Below are positions 39,117 through 50,300 of a DNA stretch of 64,000 nucleotides, one piece after another. Position 1 is the first letter of the stretch; the number at the start of each line of letters is the position of its first letter. Both the position numbers and the translations under genes were made by a program. The stretch spans positions 6,284 to 70,283 of the forward strand of contig CAWABZ010000012.1 in assembly GCA_963780425.1 (NCBI GenBank), written 5' to 3'. The notes under the pieces were generated by a model that saw nothing but the letters and a program-made list of their open reading frames with translations, had not been told where the DNA came from and made no database searches. Source of the stretch: an uncultured Chloroflexia bacterium. GTDB lineage: Bacteria > Chloroflexota > Limnocylindria > Limnocylindrales > CSP1-4.

Positions 39117-40462
39117 GTGCACGCTCGTCGGATCCGGACCGCACCGGCGTCCGGACCCATCGACCGCCGCCGGCTCTTCGCCGCCGGTCTGTCCGCCATC
39201 GTTCCCGGTCTCGGTCAGTCGTTCAATCGACGGCGCAGGCTCACCGCCCTCTTCCTGATCCCATCGCTCCTGGTCGCGATCGTGGTCGGGCTGGTCTGGG
39301 CGACCCAGACGCCGACCCGGATCGCGGCGCTGGGCCGTCGCACCGACGGTGCTCGGCGCGTTGCTGACACTCAACCTCCTGATCCTGCTGTGGCGGCTGC
39401 TCGCGGTCGGGCAGGCCTTCCTCGACACGCGTCGCCACGGGCCCACGGGCCGGCTCGGGATCGTCGGCGGCCTGGTGATCGCACTGCTCGTCGTGCTGCC
39501 GCACCTCGCCGTGTACCGCTACGGGACGGCGTTCGGTGACGCATTCGCGCGGATCTTCCAGGCCCCGACCCCGGCGGCCGACGGTGGGCCCACCCTTCCC
39601 GGGCCTGGCTCGAACGAGCGCCTCAATGTCCTGGTCCTCGGCGTCGACGCCGCACCGGGTCGGACGACGGTCCTGACCGACACGATGATGGTCGTGTCGT
39701 TCGATCCGGTCGGCAAGACCGCCTCGATGGTGTCGCTGCCGCGCGACCTCGTGAACGTGCCACTCGGTGGCGGCGACGACTTCGGGCCGAAGCTCAACTC
39801 GCTGATGTCGTACGCCGACCGTCACCCGGCGGACTTCCCGAAGGGCGGCCTCGCGGACGCTCCAGGACGCGCTCGGCGAACTGCTCGGGATCCCGATCCA
39901 CTACCACGCGACGATGGAGTTCGAGGGCTTCATCCACATGGTCGATGCGGTCGGCGGCGTCGACATCACGGTCGCGAAGGCGATCGACGACCCGGGCTAC
40001 GACGGCTTCGGCGCCGACGGACGCGGCTGGTCGATCACGGCGGGCAAGCACCACCTCGACGGCGTCGATGCCCTCGCCTATGCGCGCAGCCGAAAATCCG
40101 CCGGTGAGAGCGACTTCACCCGGGCCGGCCGCCAGCAGCAGATCATCCTGGCGTTGAAGAACGCCGCCACCGATGGCGGCAGCGTGTTCTGGGAGCTCCC
40201 GGGGTTGCTCGGCGCGGTCGGCGACTCGATCCGGACCGACCTGCCGATCGAACGGCTGCCCCAGCTCGCCGCCGCGATCGACGAGATGGGATCGGCGGGA
40301 TCACCCGGGCCGTGATCAGGCATCCGCTCGTGCGCTCGGTCGACACCCGCTACGGCTCGTCGCTGATGCCGGACCTGCCGGCCATCCGCGAGGTCGCTGC
40401 CAGGCTGTTCCCGCAGCCGGGTGGCACGCCGGAGCCGTGGCCGACGCCGAAACCCTCGCCCT
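39117..40462 (+). CDS. LytR-CpsA-Psr (LCP) family cell-wall glycopolymer transferase, three apparent +1 frameshifts (~39345, ~39850, ~40305)
   Basis: N-terminal TM (39117 frame), LCP core (LNVLVLGVDAAPGRTTVLTDTMMVVSFDP ... MVSLPRDL) in the 39349 frame, then HYHATMEFEGFIHMVDAVGGVDITV...DFTRAGRQQQII in the 39914 frame, then the C-terminal tail IRHPLVRSVDTRYGSSLMPD in a fourth frame ending 40462. Confidence 0.8.
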
Positions 40463-41030
40463 AGGGGCCCGCCTCCCAGCGACCCGGCGGTGGCTGCCAC
40501 GCGGCGAAGGCCGCCAGGAGCGCCTCGAGTGAGTCGCCGCGGGTCACGAGCCGCCGATGGGCGGGCGCCACGAAGCCCTCGGCGACCGCCATGTCGAGCC
40601 ACGCCAGCAGCAGCGTCCAGTAGTCGCCGACCTCGAGCAGCCCGATCGGCTTGGCGTGCAGCTCGAGCTGCGCCCACGACACGACCTCAGCCAGCTCCTC
40701 GAGCGTGCCCAGGCCGCCGGGCAGCGCGATGAACGCGTCGGCCAGGTCGGCCATGATCGCCTTGCGCTCGTGCAGCGTGTCCACGATATGCAGCTCGGTG
40801 AGCCCCGGGTGCGCCAGCTCGCGATCGACGAGGCCCTGCGGGATCACGCCGATCACCTCGCCGCCGGCCGCCAGCGCGGCCTCGGCGACGGCACCCATCA
40901 GCCCGACCCGACCGCCGCCGTAGACCAGGCCGATGCCACGCCGCGCGAGGCCCTCCCCGACCTCGTGGGCCGCGGCACGGTAGCGCGGCTCCTTGCCGGG
41001 ACTCGCCCCACAGAAGACGCAGATGCGCAT
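40461..41030 (-). CDS. LOG family protein (cytokinin riboside 5'-monophosphate phosphoribohydrolase-like, TIGR00730)
   Basis: [46 protein letters not shown] ... [10 protein letters not shown] are typical LOG motifs. ATG overlaps the rdgB stop (ATGA). Confidence 0.85.
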   Translation of the reverse strand: MRICVFCGASPGKEPRYRAAAHEVGEGLARRGIGLVYGGGRVGLMGAVAEAALAAGGEVIGVIPQGLVDRELAHPGLTELHIVDTLHERKAIMADLADAFIALPGGLGTLEELAEVVSWAQLELHAKPIGLLEVGDYWTLLLAWLDMAVAEGFVAPAHRRLVTRGDSLEALLAAFAAWQPPPGRWEAGP

Positions 41031-41636
41031 CAGAACCCGAGCGCCGTCAGGCGCGGCGCCATCTGGCGAGCGGCACGCGCACGGTGTGAGATGCGGTTCT
41101 TCTCCGCCGGTGTCCACAGGCCGAACGTGCGACCACCGGGCGGCTCGCCCTCCGGTTCGAAGATCGGGTCGTAGCCGAAACCGGCGGTCCCCCGCGGCTC
41201 GGTCGCGATCCGACCGCGGCAGGTCCCCACGGGCGAAGTCCAGCGGCTCGCCGGGCATGGCCAGGGCGAGCACGCACACATAGCCAGCCCCGCGGCGATC
41301 CGGCGGCAGGCCATGGAGGGAGGCGAGCAGCTTGGCGTTGTTCTGCGCGTCGGTCGCTTCCTCGCCGGCGTAGCGACGCGTCCGCACGCCCGGCCCGCCG
41401 TCGAGCGCGTCGACCTCGAGCCCCGAGTCGTCGGCGAGCGTCGGCAGCCCGGTCGCGTCCAGCCCGAACCGTGCCTTGATGGCGGCATTCGCCTCGAACG
41501 TCTCGCCGTCCTCGACCGGGTCGCCGGCCACGCCCAGCTCGTCGAGGGACACGAGCTCCGCCCGCGGAAGGTCGAGCAACTCGCGCAGCTCGCGCAGCTT
41601 GTGCTCGCTCCGCGTCGCGATGAGCAGGCGGCCCAT
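41030..41636 (-). CDS. rdgB: Non-canonical purine NTP pyrophosphatase RdgB/HAM1, +1 frameshift in a GGGG run near 41215-41225
   Basis: N-terminal part [21 protein letters not shown]...[18 protein letters not shown] in one frame. C-terminal [21 protein letters not shown]...[11 protein letters not shown] in the +1 frame. Confidence 0.85.
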
Positions 41637-41638
41637 CG

Positions 41639-42372
41639 TCACCGTTTGACCGTGGCGAGCACCTCGGTCTGGGCGGCGAACAGCCGGGCCAGTCCCTCGT
41701 CGGCGAGATCGAGCATCGACGTCATCGCCGACCTGTCGAACGGCTGGCCCTCGGCCGTGCCTTGCAGCTCGACGTACGTCCCCGCGTCCGTGCCGACGAC
41801 GTTCATGTCGACCTCGGCACGCGAATCCTCGCTGTAGTCGAGGTCGAGGTACGTGGCGCCCTCGACGATCCCGACCGACACCGCCGCGACCTTGGAGGTC
41901 AGCAGCCGCTCCATGCCGTAGGTGATGAGCGCCGCCCCGAGCGCGACGTATCCGCCGGTGATCGACGCCGTGCGCGTCCCTCCGTCGGCCTGGAGCACGT
42001 CGCAGTCGACGGTCACGGTGCGCTCGCCGAGCCGCGACAGGTCGACGACGCCGCGCAGCGACCGGCCGATGAGCCGCTGGATCTCGTGCGTCCGCCCGCC
42101 GATCCGCCCCTGGCCGATTCGCGGTCGGTCCGCTCGGCGGTAGCGCGCGGCAGCATCGAGTATTCGGCGGTCACCCAGCCGGTGCCCTTGCCGCGGAGGT
42201 GCGGCGGGACGCGATCGGCGATCGTGGCCGCGCACAGGACCTGCGTGTCGCCGAACCGCACGAGGCACGACCCCTCGGCCCATTTCTGGACGCCGAGCTG
42301 GAAGCTGATCGGGCGCAGGTCGCGCAGGGCGCGGCCGTCGGCACGGGTCGTGGGTGGATTGCCGATCGTCAT
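41639..42372 (-). CDS. rph: Ribonuclease PH, +1 frameshift near 42105-42125
   Basis: N-terminus [49 protein letters not shown]...[21 protein letters not shown] (frame of 42013-43107). C-terminus [21 protein letters not shown]...[17 protein letters not shown] in the 41639 frame. Confidence 0.9.
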
Positions 42373-43538
42373 GTCGTCGTCCTCTCCTCCGCCTTGGCTG
42401 CATCCCATAGGTCGTCGAGTGCCGCGAAATCCAGGTCGCGCAGGGCGACCCCGCGGGCTGCCGCCATCGATTCCACCCGGCCGAACCTGCGGCCGAACTT
42501 GGCATTCGCGGCACGGACGGCGGCTTCGGCCTCGATCCCGCGCTTGCGCGCCACGTTGACGAGCACGAACAGAAGGTCGCCGAACTCCTCCGCCCAGGCT
42601 GCCGGGTCGGCGCCGTCGTCGGCTGCTTCGCGCAACTCGTTGGTCTCCTCGACGACCTTGTCGAGCACGCCCTCGATCGATGGCCAGTCGTAGCCGATGT
42701 TGGCCGCCCGCTCCTGCATCTCCTGGCTTGCCGCAAGCGCCGGCAGCGACGCCGAGATCCCGTCGAGCGCGCCCTTCGCGGTCGAGCCGTCGGCCTCGTC
42801 CTCGCGCTCCGCGGCCTTGATCCGCTCCCATTGCCGGTTGACGTCCGTGGCGGTGCGGGCCTCGGCATCTCCGAACACGTGCGGATGGCGCCGGACGATC
42901 TTGGTGGCGATGGCCGCCTGGACGTCGGCCAGGTCGAACACGCCGGCCTCCGCGGCGAGCTGGGCGTGGAGCACGATCTGGAGCCACAGGTCGCCGAGCT
43001 CGCCCGCGAGCTCGGGCGTGGCACCCGCCTCGAGCGCGTCGTACACCTCGTACGCCTCCTCGAGGAGGTGGCTGCGCAGGGTCTGATGGGTCTGCTCCCG
43101 ATCCCACGGGCAGCCGTCGGGCGCCCGGAGGCGGTCGCTGATGGCAGGCATCGCCCAGGGTCCGAAGACCGCCGCCTCGGCGGCGAGGGGCGCCAGGTAG
43201 AGGGGCGCCGCCAGGTCCGTCTCCGAGAGGTCACCGATCGTCGTCGCGTCGGCTGTCCCGAACCGCCCGACGGGGTGATCGAGCGGATAGGCGCGCATCA
43301 GCACGTCACGTGCCTGGCGGCCGCGCGGGCCGTGCCGGCCGGGCAGCGGCGTCGGGGTGGCCGCATCGCTCGCGGCCGCAGGGCTGGCGGGTCGGAGCAT
43401 GGCGAGCGGCACCACGAGAGCAGGTCGCGACGCCTCCAGCGGCGTGGCGATGAGGCGCTCGGCCGCGACGATCTGCAGGCCGGCGGCCGGATCGAGGCCG
43501 AACCGGAGTCGCGCCTCGGTGACGAGGGCGTCCAGCAC
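42369..43538 (-). CDS. mazG: MazG-family nucleoside triphosphate pyrophosphohydrolase with N-terminal extension
   Basis: Two MazG EEXXE repeats ([23 protein letters not shown] ... [14 protein letters not shown]). GTG start. Confidence 0.85.
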   Translation of the reverse strand: MLDALVTEARLRFGLDPAAGLQIVAAERLIATPLEASRPALVVPLAMLRPASPAAASDAATPTPLPGRHGPRGRQARDVLMRAYPLDHPVGRFGTADATTIGDLSETDLAAPLYLAPLAAEAAVFGPWAMPAISDRLRAPDGCPWDREQTHQTLRSHLLEEAYEVYDALEAGATPELAGELGDLWLQIVLHAQLAAEAGVFDLADVQAAIATKIVRRHPHVFGDAEARTATDVNRQWERIKAAEREDEADGSTAKGALDGISASLPALAASQEMQERAANIGYDWPSIEGVLDKVVEETNELREAADDGADPAAWAEEFGDLLFVLVNVARKRGIEAEAAVRAANAKFGRRFGRVESMAAARGVALRDLDFAALDDLWDAAKAEERTTT

Positions 43539-43548
43539 GTCCGGGCCG

Positions 43549-45286
43549 CTAGCCCGCGCCCCCGGTGATCGCCTCGTCGCGCACGATGGTCACGGCGTCC
43601 TTCTTGGGCTGGTACCAGTCGCCGAACACCCGCGACCGGATCTCCTCGAGCTGCCGCCCCTCCGGCGTGCGCACCTCTTCGGCCACGACCCTGTACAGGT
43701 ACTGGCCGTCTTCCTCGACCGTGACGATGTCCGAGGTCTTGCCGATCGACGCCGCGAAGATCGCGGTCGTGAGCCGCTCGTCGAGCTGGTGCTTGGCGAC
43801 CCAGCCGAGCTCCCCGCCGCGGTCCGCCTCGGCGCCTTCCGAGACCTCGCGGGCGATCGCCGCGAAATCTGCGCCACCGATCGATCCGCTGCTTGATCTC
43901 GGCCAGGTCCGGAGCGTGGCTGATCACCTGCACGATGTGGTACCCGAATTCGGTCTTGATCGGCGGCAGGAGCTGGCCGTCGGTGGGCTTGGCGTCGAGG
44001 ATGGGCTTCGTGAACGACTCGACGAAGCCGCTGTCGGCGCTGATGTAGGCATCGAGGACACCGCCGGTGCCATCGGGCCCGAGGGCGCTCTCCTCGTCGC
44101 TCACCGAGCGGGCCAGCGCGTCGAACCCGTCGACGTCGGCCTTGAGCCGGGCATAGGCCGCATCGGCGTCGAGCTTGGCCTGGCCCCACGACGGGTCGTC
44201 CGCGGGGATCTCGCCGGCCTGCGCCGCGCTCGGATCGTCCTTCGGCGAGAACAGGATGTGGCGGACCTTGACCGCGTCGGCCGGCAGGTTGGCCGTCTCC
44301 TGGCTCAGGTAGATCTCGGCGGTCTCGCGCTGTGGGGCAGGCTTCGAGGCATCGGCAACGAGCTTGTCCTCGAGCTTCGTCCGGATGACGTCGCCATGCA
44401 CGACCTCGCGGTACTTCGCGAGGTCGACGCCGTCGTTGACGAGTGTTTCGGTATACGCGGCATCGACTGCCTCCGCCTCGATCTCGGTCACCCGGCCGAT
44501 GCGGAAGATCCCGTCCTCGCCCTCGATGACGTCGGTCGGCGTGTTCACGGCCGCACCGAACAGGGCTGTCAGGAAGGCCTCGTCGGTCTGCTGGTCGTCC
44601 TTGGTCAGCCAGCCGAGATCGCCCGCCTGCGGGGCGGTCGCGGAATCGGTCGAGACGACCTTGGCGATGTCGTCCCAGCTCTTGCCGCCCTTGATGTCGG
44701 CGAGAGCCTTCTCGATCGTCGTTCGGGCTGCCGCGACCTGTTCGGCGGTCGGCGCGCTGGCGCCGCTGTCGGTGACGGGCTTGACCTCGATCTGCCAGGA
44801 GTGGCGCGCCTCGGGGGTCGTGGCCTCCTCGATGAGCCGTGCGTCGACGTCGGTGTCGGCGACAGTGACGCCCTCCTCGGTCGCGAGCGTCGCCTGGATC
44901 CGGTTGTCGATGATGCGCTCGAGCGAGAACGGCAGGAGCTGCTGGCGCTGCTGCTGGACGAGCTGCGACTGGGCCTCGGCCTGCGCCTGGGTCAGACGGC
45001 CCGCAGCGGCCTGGGTATTGATGCGCCGCTGCGCGATCTCGAGCCGCCAGGACTCGATGTCGGCGCGGTCCCGCAGGTCGTCCCTCGTGATCGCCTGACC
45101 GTCGACGCTGCCGACCGGGGCCAGGTGTTCGTTGTAGTAGCTCAGCACGACGGCTGCGCCGAGGATGACGAGCGCGGCGACGACCGCGAGGCCGAAGCCC
45201 AGGTTGAGGTAGAAGTTACGGCGGTCGCGGCTGTCCCACGATGGTCGCTGGAAACGCTTCACGACCGGCCTGGCACGGAACGTCAT
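43549..45286 (-). CDS. Membrane-anchored peptidyl-prolyl cis-trans isomerase (SurA/PpiC parvulin family), +1 frameshift near 43875-43882
   Basis: TM anchor, SurA-like chaperone region, then parvulin domain. The frame breaks at IKQRID | GGADFAAIAREVSEGAEADRGGELGWV...TGGAG*. Confidence 0.8.
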
Positions 45287-45383
45287 TCGGGTGTGGATCC
45301 TGATGGCAGGGATGGCACGGCCGATAACGGCCGGGAATGTCATGGGCGGCCGGTATCGTACCGTACTGTCCGCTCCGGCTAGG

Positions 45384-46643
45384 TCAACCGCGGCCGGCCC
45401 GGCGCTGGCCGGCGTCCGGAGCGGGGTCGCGAGCGGCCGTCAGCCGGTCAACGAGCGCCAGGTAGCGCGCGCCCTCGACCTCCCACGATCGGTCCCGGAC
45501 GCGTCCCAGCGCGCGAGCGACTCGCGCGTCCCGGTCCGCCGCGACGTCCACGACCCGACGGATCGCCGTGGCGAGATCGTCCGCGTCACCGGGCTCGTAC
45601 GTCACGACGTCGTCGCCGAACGATCGCTCCACCATCGGCAGGCGCGAGGCGATCACCGGCCGGGCCATCGCGGCATACTCGAACGCCTTGGTCGACAGGG
45701 AGTAGTCCGTGAAGGCCGAGCGCCGCGTCGGCGCCAGGCCGATGTCGGCCGCGGCGATCGCGGCCGGCACCTCGTCGACCGGGATCCGGCCGTGGAAGAC
45801 GACGCGGTCCGCGATGCCCAGCCGGGCGGCCTGGTCGCGCAGCGGCACCTCCTCGAAGTCGCGGCCGTAGAGGTCGAGACGGACGTCGAGGGCGGGGTCG
45901 CGCTGGCGAAGCCTGCTCACGGCGTCGAGGACGACATCGAGCTCGTAGATCGGGCTGAGCGCTCCGGCGTAGACGAGCCGGAGCGACCCGTCGGCCATGA
46001 ACGGGCGGGGTGGGTACGCGTCCGCCGAGAACCGCGCGAGGGATGGCGCGTTCGGGACGATCGAGAGCTTGGCAGGCGGCACGCCCAGGTCGAGCAACCG
46101 ATCGGCGAGGGCGTCGTTCACGGTCACCACGGCGCTGGCGTAGCGGCATGCGAGCCGCTCCTGCACCCCGAGCAGCCAGCGCCCGATCCGGCGGCTTCGG
46201 CCGCGAAAGCGGCTCCCGAAGAACTCCGGCATCGCCTCGTGCAGGTCGAGGATGACGGGGACGCCGGTCAGTCTGAGCGGCACGGTCGCGAAGACGAGGA
46301 AGTCCGGCAGCGTATGGACCTGGACGAGCGCGAAGCGCCGCCGGACGTGGGCGCGCGTCAGCGCGACGCCGGATCGGACGAAGAACGACAGGTACTCGCG
46401 CAGGTAGACCGGGAGCGATGCGCCCTGGTGGCGCTGGACGCCGAGCCGGCGGACGTCGACGCCGGCGATGGTCTCGCGCTCGGGATCTGTCGGACGGCGG
46501 AGGGCGAAGACCTCGACGCGGTGACCGGATGCGGCGAGCGTCTCGGCCTCGCGCCGGACCCGCGGATCCTCCTCGTAGTAGGAATGGGTGAGCATCGCGA
46601 TGCGCCGCGGCGCGGCGGTCGGCACGGTCGGTGGGCGCTCCAT
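45384..46643 (-). CDS. Glycosyltransferase family 4
   Basis: 419 aa, GT-B fold with an EX7E-like C-terminal domain (STKAFEYAAMARPVIAS). Confidence 0.9.
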   Translation of the reverse strand: MERPPTVPTAAPRRIAMLTHSYYEEDPRVRREAETLAASGHRVEVFALRRPTDPERETIAGVDVRRLGVQRHQGASLPVYLREYLSFFVRSGVALTRAHVRRRFALVQVHTLPDFLVFATVPLRLTGVPVILDLHEAMPEFFGSRFRGRSRRIGRWLLGVQERLACRYASAVVTVNDALADRLLDLGVPPAKLSIVPNAPSLARFSADAYPPRPFMADGSLRLVYAGALSPIYELDVVLDAVSRLRQRDPALDVRLDLYGRDFEEVPLRDQAARLGIADRVVFHGRIPVDEVPAAIAAADIGLAPTRRSAFTDYSLSTKAFEYAAMARPVIASRLPMVERSFGDDVVTYEPGDADDLATAIRRVVDVAADRDARVARALGRVRDRSWEVEGARYLALVDRLTAARDPAPDAGQRRAGRG

Positions 46644-46701
46644 GGGCGCGCGGAGCGTACCGCACGGGCCAGTGCGGAACCCGTGTTACCCTCCGCTGCC
46701 G

Positions 46702-47569
46702 ATGGATCTGAGCGCGGAAGTCCCCACCCATTTTCGCAGCAGTGCCGCCCGTCCCGGCCCGCTCGGGTCGCTGCGTGAAGCGGTCGTCGAGGTCCTCGGG
46801 CGACGGCGGCTGATCGGCTACCTGGTCCAGGCGGACCTGCACAAGAAGGGCGCCGACACGCTCCTCGGCAACCTGTGGTGGGTGCTCGACCCGCTCCTGC
46901 AGATGGCCGTCTACGTCGTCCTCGTGTCGGTCATCTTCCAGCGCGGCGGACCGGACTATCCGCTCTTCCTCTTCGCGGCGATCCTGCCGTGGAAGTGGTT
47001 CCAGACCTCGATCCAGGACGGCATCACGTCGGTCTCGGGCGCGGAACGGCTCGTCCGCCAGATCCAGTTCCCCAAGCTCGTCCTGCCGGTCGCGGCGGTC
47101 ATGGCCGGCATCGTCAACTTCGCCTTCGGGCTCATCCCGCTGTTCGCGCTGATGCTGCTGTTCTTCCGCGACCGGCATCGAGCTGACCCTGCTCCTCATC
47201 CCGGCGATGGCGGCCGTCCAGCTCGTGTTCAACCTCGCGCTGACGATCCTCCTCGCGGCCGTCAACGTGTTCTACCGCGACGTGGGCAACCTGGCCCGCC
47301 ACGTGCTGCGCCTGTGGTTCTACCTCTCACCGGCGCTGTTCTCGCTCGATCAGCTGATCGCCGCCACCGACTCCTACCCGGTCATCCAGCGGCTCCTCAC
47401 GCTGAACCCGTGGGCGACGATGTTCACGGCGTACCGGGCCGTGATCTACGACGGACAGCTCCCCGACTGGACGGCGCTCGGATCCGTCCTGCTCGGGTCA
47501 CTCGTCCTCCTCGGCCTGACGACGCTCTTCTTCAAGCGCGTCGAGCCGGCATTCGCCAAGGTGCTGTGA
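46702..47569 (+). CDS. ABC-2 type polysaccharide/O-antigen export permease (Wzm-like), +1 frameshift near 47170-47178
   Basis: ATG 46702 (MDLSAEV...LIGYLVQADLHKKGADTLLGNLWWVLDPLLQMAVY) is typical ABC-2. The C-terminal half (IELTLLLIPAMAAVQLVFNLALT...FYRDV) is in the 47207 frame. Confidence 0.8.
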
Positions 47570-48459
47570 TGGTCGATGTCGACGAGCGCCTCAGCGCGGC
47601 GGTGCCGGCACCGATGCCGACCGATGCGCCGGTGGCCATCGAGGTCGCACGGCCTGGGCGTCCAGTACAGCCTCCGGTTCACCCGCAAGACGACGCTCCA
47701 CCGCTCGTTCGTGAACCTGTTCCGGCGCCAGCCGGCCGATCGAGTTCTGGGCTCTCCGGGACGTCGATTTCCGGCTGGTCCACGGGGAGTCGCTGGCGGT
47801 CATCGGCCCGAACGGGGCGGGCAAGAGCACGCTCCTCCAGGTGCTCGCCGGGATCATCACGCCATCGGAGGGCGTGGTGGAGGTCGATGGCCGGATCTCG
47901 AGCCTGCTGACGCTCGGTGCCGGCTTCGACCAGGAGCTGTCCGGTCTCGACAACATCCGCCTGGCCGGTGCGTTCCTCGGCCTCGACCCGGCGCTCATGC
48001 GCCAGATCACCCCGGGCATCATCGAGTTCGCCGACATCGGCCCGTTCATCGACGCGCCGATCAAGACCTACTCGTCCGGCATGCGTGCCCGCCTGGGCTT
48101 CGCGATCGCCACCTCGGTCGACCCGGACATCCTGCTGCTCGACGAGGTGCTCGCCACCGGCGACCAGGTCGTTCCGCACGAAGTCGAAGCAGCGCGTGCT
48201 CGACCTGGTCAAGGGCGCCAAGGGCGTCGTGCTCGTGACCCACGACATGAACTGGGTCATGGAGTTCTGCAACCGGGCGATCCTCCTCGAGGGGGGCCGG
48301 ATCGTGGCCGAGGGCGACCCCGCCGAGGTCGTCGCGATCCACCGCGAGCATTCCGAGCGGACCAAGGCCGAGCGCGAGGCCGCGCTGGCCCGCGCCATCG
48401 CCGACGCCGGGCAGGGATCGCTGCCACCGGATGCAGCCCGGAGCCGCCTGCCGGGCTAG
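47569..48459 (+). CDS. Polysaccharide export ABC transporter ATP-binding protein (Wzt-like), three apparent +1 frameshifts (~47647, ~47743, ~48172)
   Basis: Consecutive frames carry MVDVDERL..PVAIEV / RGLGVQYSLRFTRKTTLHRSFVNLFRRQPADR / [32 protein letters not shown]...LLLDEVLATGDQ / SFRTKSKQRVLDLVKGAKGVVLVTHDMNWV. Confidence 0.8.
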
Positions 48460-49346
48460 GCCGCGGTCCAGCCCATCTCGCGGGCGTAGGTGCGCACGCC
48501 GGTCTCGAACGGCCTCGGGACCTGGGTCCCGAGTGCGTCGGCGAGCGGGCGCGGGTCGCTGTGGAAATGGATCGGTGTCTGGGTCGGATCCGGCACCTGC
48601 TCGATGTCGGGCGGCTCGCTGTCGATCGAGCGAGCGATGCGTCCGACCTGCTCTGGGAGCGGCCGCGGGTCTCCGCCACACAGGTCCCATGTGCCACCGG
48701 CGCCTCCGGTCGCGGCGGCGACGAGCGCCGACACGACGTCGTCGATAAACACGGGGTCCGAGAGCGAATCGGGGGCACCGCTCAGCCGGAACGGCGACCC
48801 GCTCCTGATGGCGTCGACGACGCGCGGCACCAGGCGGGTCGGCCGCTCGCCCGGGCCGAACGCGTTGTACAGGCGGATGATCGCGGCGCTTCCAGTGTGC
48901 CCGGCGGCGACCCGCGAGCGGACGAAACCTTCCACGTACAGCTTGGACAGGGCATAGGGCATCGGCGGGTCGACTCGGACCGCCGGGTCCACGAGGCCAT
49001 CCAGCCCGGCGTACACGGCCGCGGACGACAGCAGGACGATGCGTGCCGCATCGACCTGGCCGAGGATCGACGCGCCGAGCACGCCGGTCGCCTCGAGGTC
49101 CCGCCACGGTTCGCGCACGGCCAGGCCGTGATCGGCGTTCCCGGCGAGGTGGATCACGGCGTCGTAGCGCGTGCCGGTCACCTCGGACGGCAACGCGTCC
49201 GTCGCAGCCCACCGGACCCACCGTCCGTGTGCATCCGCCGGTGCGGGGCTGCGTGACAGCGCGACGACATCCCACCCGGACGGCGCCCCGCGCACGACGT
49301 GACGCCCGATGAACCCGCCGGCCCCGGTGACGAGGACGCGCGTCAC
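48456..49346 (-). CDS. NAD-dependent epimerase/dehydratase family protein
   Basis: VLVTGAGGFIGRHVV Rossmann motif. 296 aa, intact. Confidence 0.85.
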   Translation of the reverse strand: MTRVLVTGAGGFIGRHVVRGAPSGWDVVALSRSPAPADAHGRWVRWAATDALPSEVTGTRYDAVIHLAGNADHGLAVREPWRDLEATGVLGASILGQVDAARIVLLSSAAVYAGLDGLVDPAVRVDPPMPYALSKLYVEGFVRSRVAAGHTGSAAIIRLYNAFGPGERPTRLVPRVVDAIRSGSPFRLSGAPDSLSDPVFIDDVVSALVAAATGGAGGTWDLCGGDPRPLPEQVGRIARSIDSEPPDIEQVPDPTQTPIHFHSDPRPLADALGTQVPRPFETGVRTYAREMGWTAA

Positions 49347-49356
49347 GGCGATCGGG

Positions 49357-50274
49357 TCAGGGCTGGGTCGCCTCGTGCCAGGCGATCGTCCGCTCGATGC
49401 CCTCGCGCAGCCCGACCTGCGCCTCGTACCCGAGCAGGCGCTGTGCCTTGTCGAATGACGCGTTCTTGACGGGGGTCACGAGGGGGCCCGGGTCGGCGAG
49501 CTCGATCAGGCTGGTGGGCTTGTCGAGCATCTCGCAGATGAGCGCGGCGACGTCGGTCGTCGGTTGCGGGTCGGCGCGCCCGATGTTGAACCCCTCGTAG
49601 CGCTCGCCGTCCCAGTTCTCCATGAGGAGCCGGCAGCCGGCCACGATGTCGTCGATATAGCACCAGCTGCGCGACGTGCCGCGATGCACGGTGATCGGGC
49701 GGTCGTGGCGGACCCTGTCGATGAAGTTGGTCATCGCGCTCCGGAACGGGTCCGGCCGCTCCCCCGGCCCGTAGCACATGAAGAAGCGCATCGCGGCCGC
49801 CTTCAGCCCCTGGCTCTCGCTGAAATGCCGGAGGTAGTGCTCCGCGTGGAGCTTCGACCAGCCGTAGCAGTTGGTCGGCGCGAGGACCGTGTCGGTCTCC
49901 AGCTCCTCCGTGACCAGGTCGGACCCGTGATCGCCGTAGATCTCGCTGGTGCTGGCGAAATACAGCCGCGCGCCGTACTCCTGGCAGAGCTGGACGAGGT
50001 TGAGGGTGCCGCTGACGTTGATGTCGACGCAGCGCCGCGGGAACTGCTCGCCGTTCTCTCGCCCCACCTCGCCGGCCAGATGGAACACGTGCTCGATCGG
50101 CCAGGTCCGGAAGACCTCGGTGAGCTCCTCGTAGCGGGTCACGTCGGCGCGCCGATAGTCGGGCTCGCTGCGGATCGCCACGTCGGTGACCTTCACATCG
50201 TATCCGTGCTCGCGCAGGTGCTCCGCCAGGCGGCGCCCGATGACGCCGAGGCCACCGGTGATAAGAACGGCCAT
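49357..50274 (-). CDS. NAD-dependent epimerase/dehydratase (UDP-glucuronate decarboxylase / dTDP-glucose 4,6-dehydratase-like)
   Basis: MAVLITGGLGVIG with GGAGGA RBS, YGWSK catalytic motif (YxxxK). 305 aa. Confidence 0.9.
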   Translation of the reverse strand: MAVLITGGLGVIGRRLAEHLREHGYDVKVTDVAIRSEPDYRRADVTRYEELTEVFRTWPIEHVFHLAGEVGRENGEQFPRRCVDINVSGTLNLVQLCQEYGARLYFASTSEIYGDHGSDLVTEELETDTVLAPTNCYGWSKLHAEHYLRHFSESQGLKAAAMRFFMCYGPGERPDPFRSAMTNFIDRVRHDRPITVHRGTSRSWCYIDDIVAGCRLLMENWDGERYEGFNIGRADPQPTTDVAALICEMLDKPTSLIELADPGPLVTPVKNASFDKAQRLLGYEAQVGLREGIERTIAWHEATQP

Positions 50275-50300
50275 GGACTCCTCCGGAGTGATTCGATCGG

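Noticed and set aside
40461-41642. Single 393-aa ORF
   Set aside because: A concatenation of LOG and the rdgB N-terminal part through an off-frame stretch; rdgB's C-terminus and stop are in the +1 frame.
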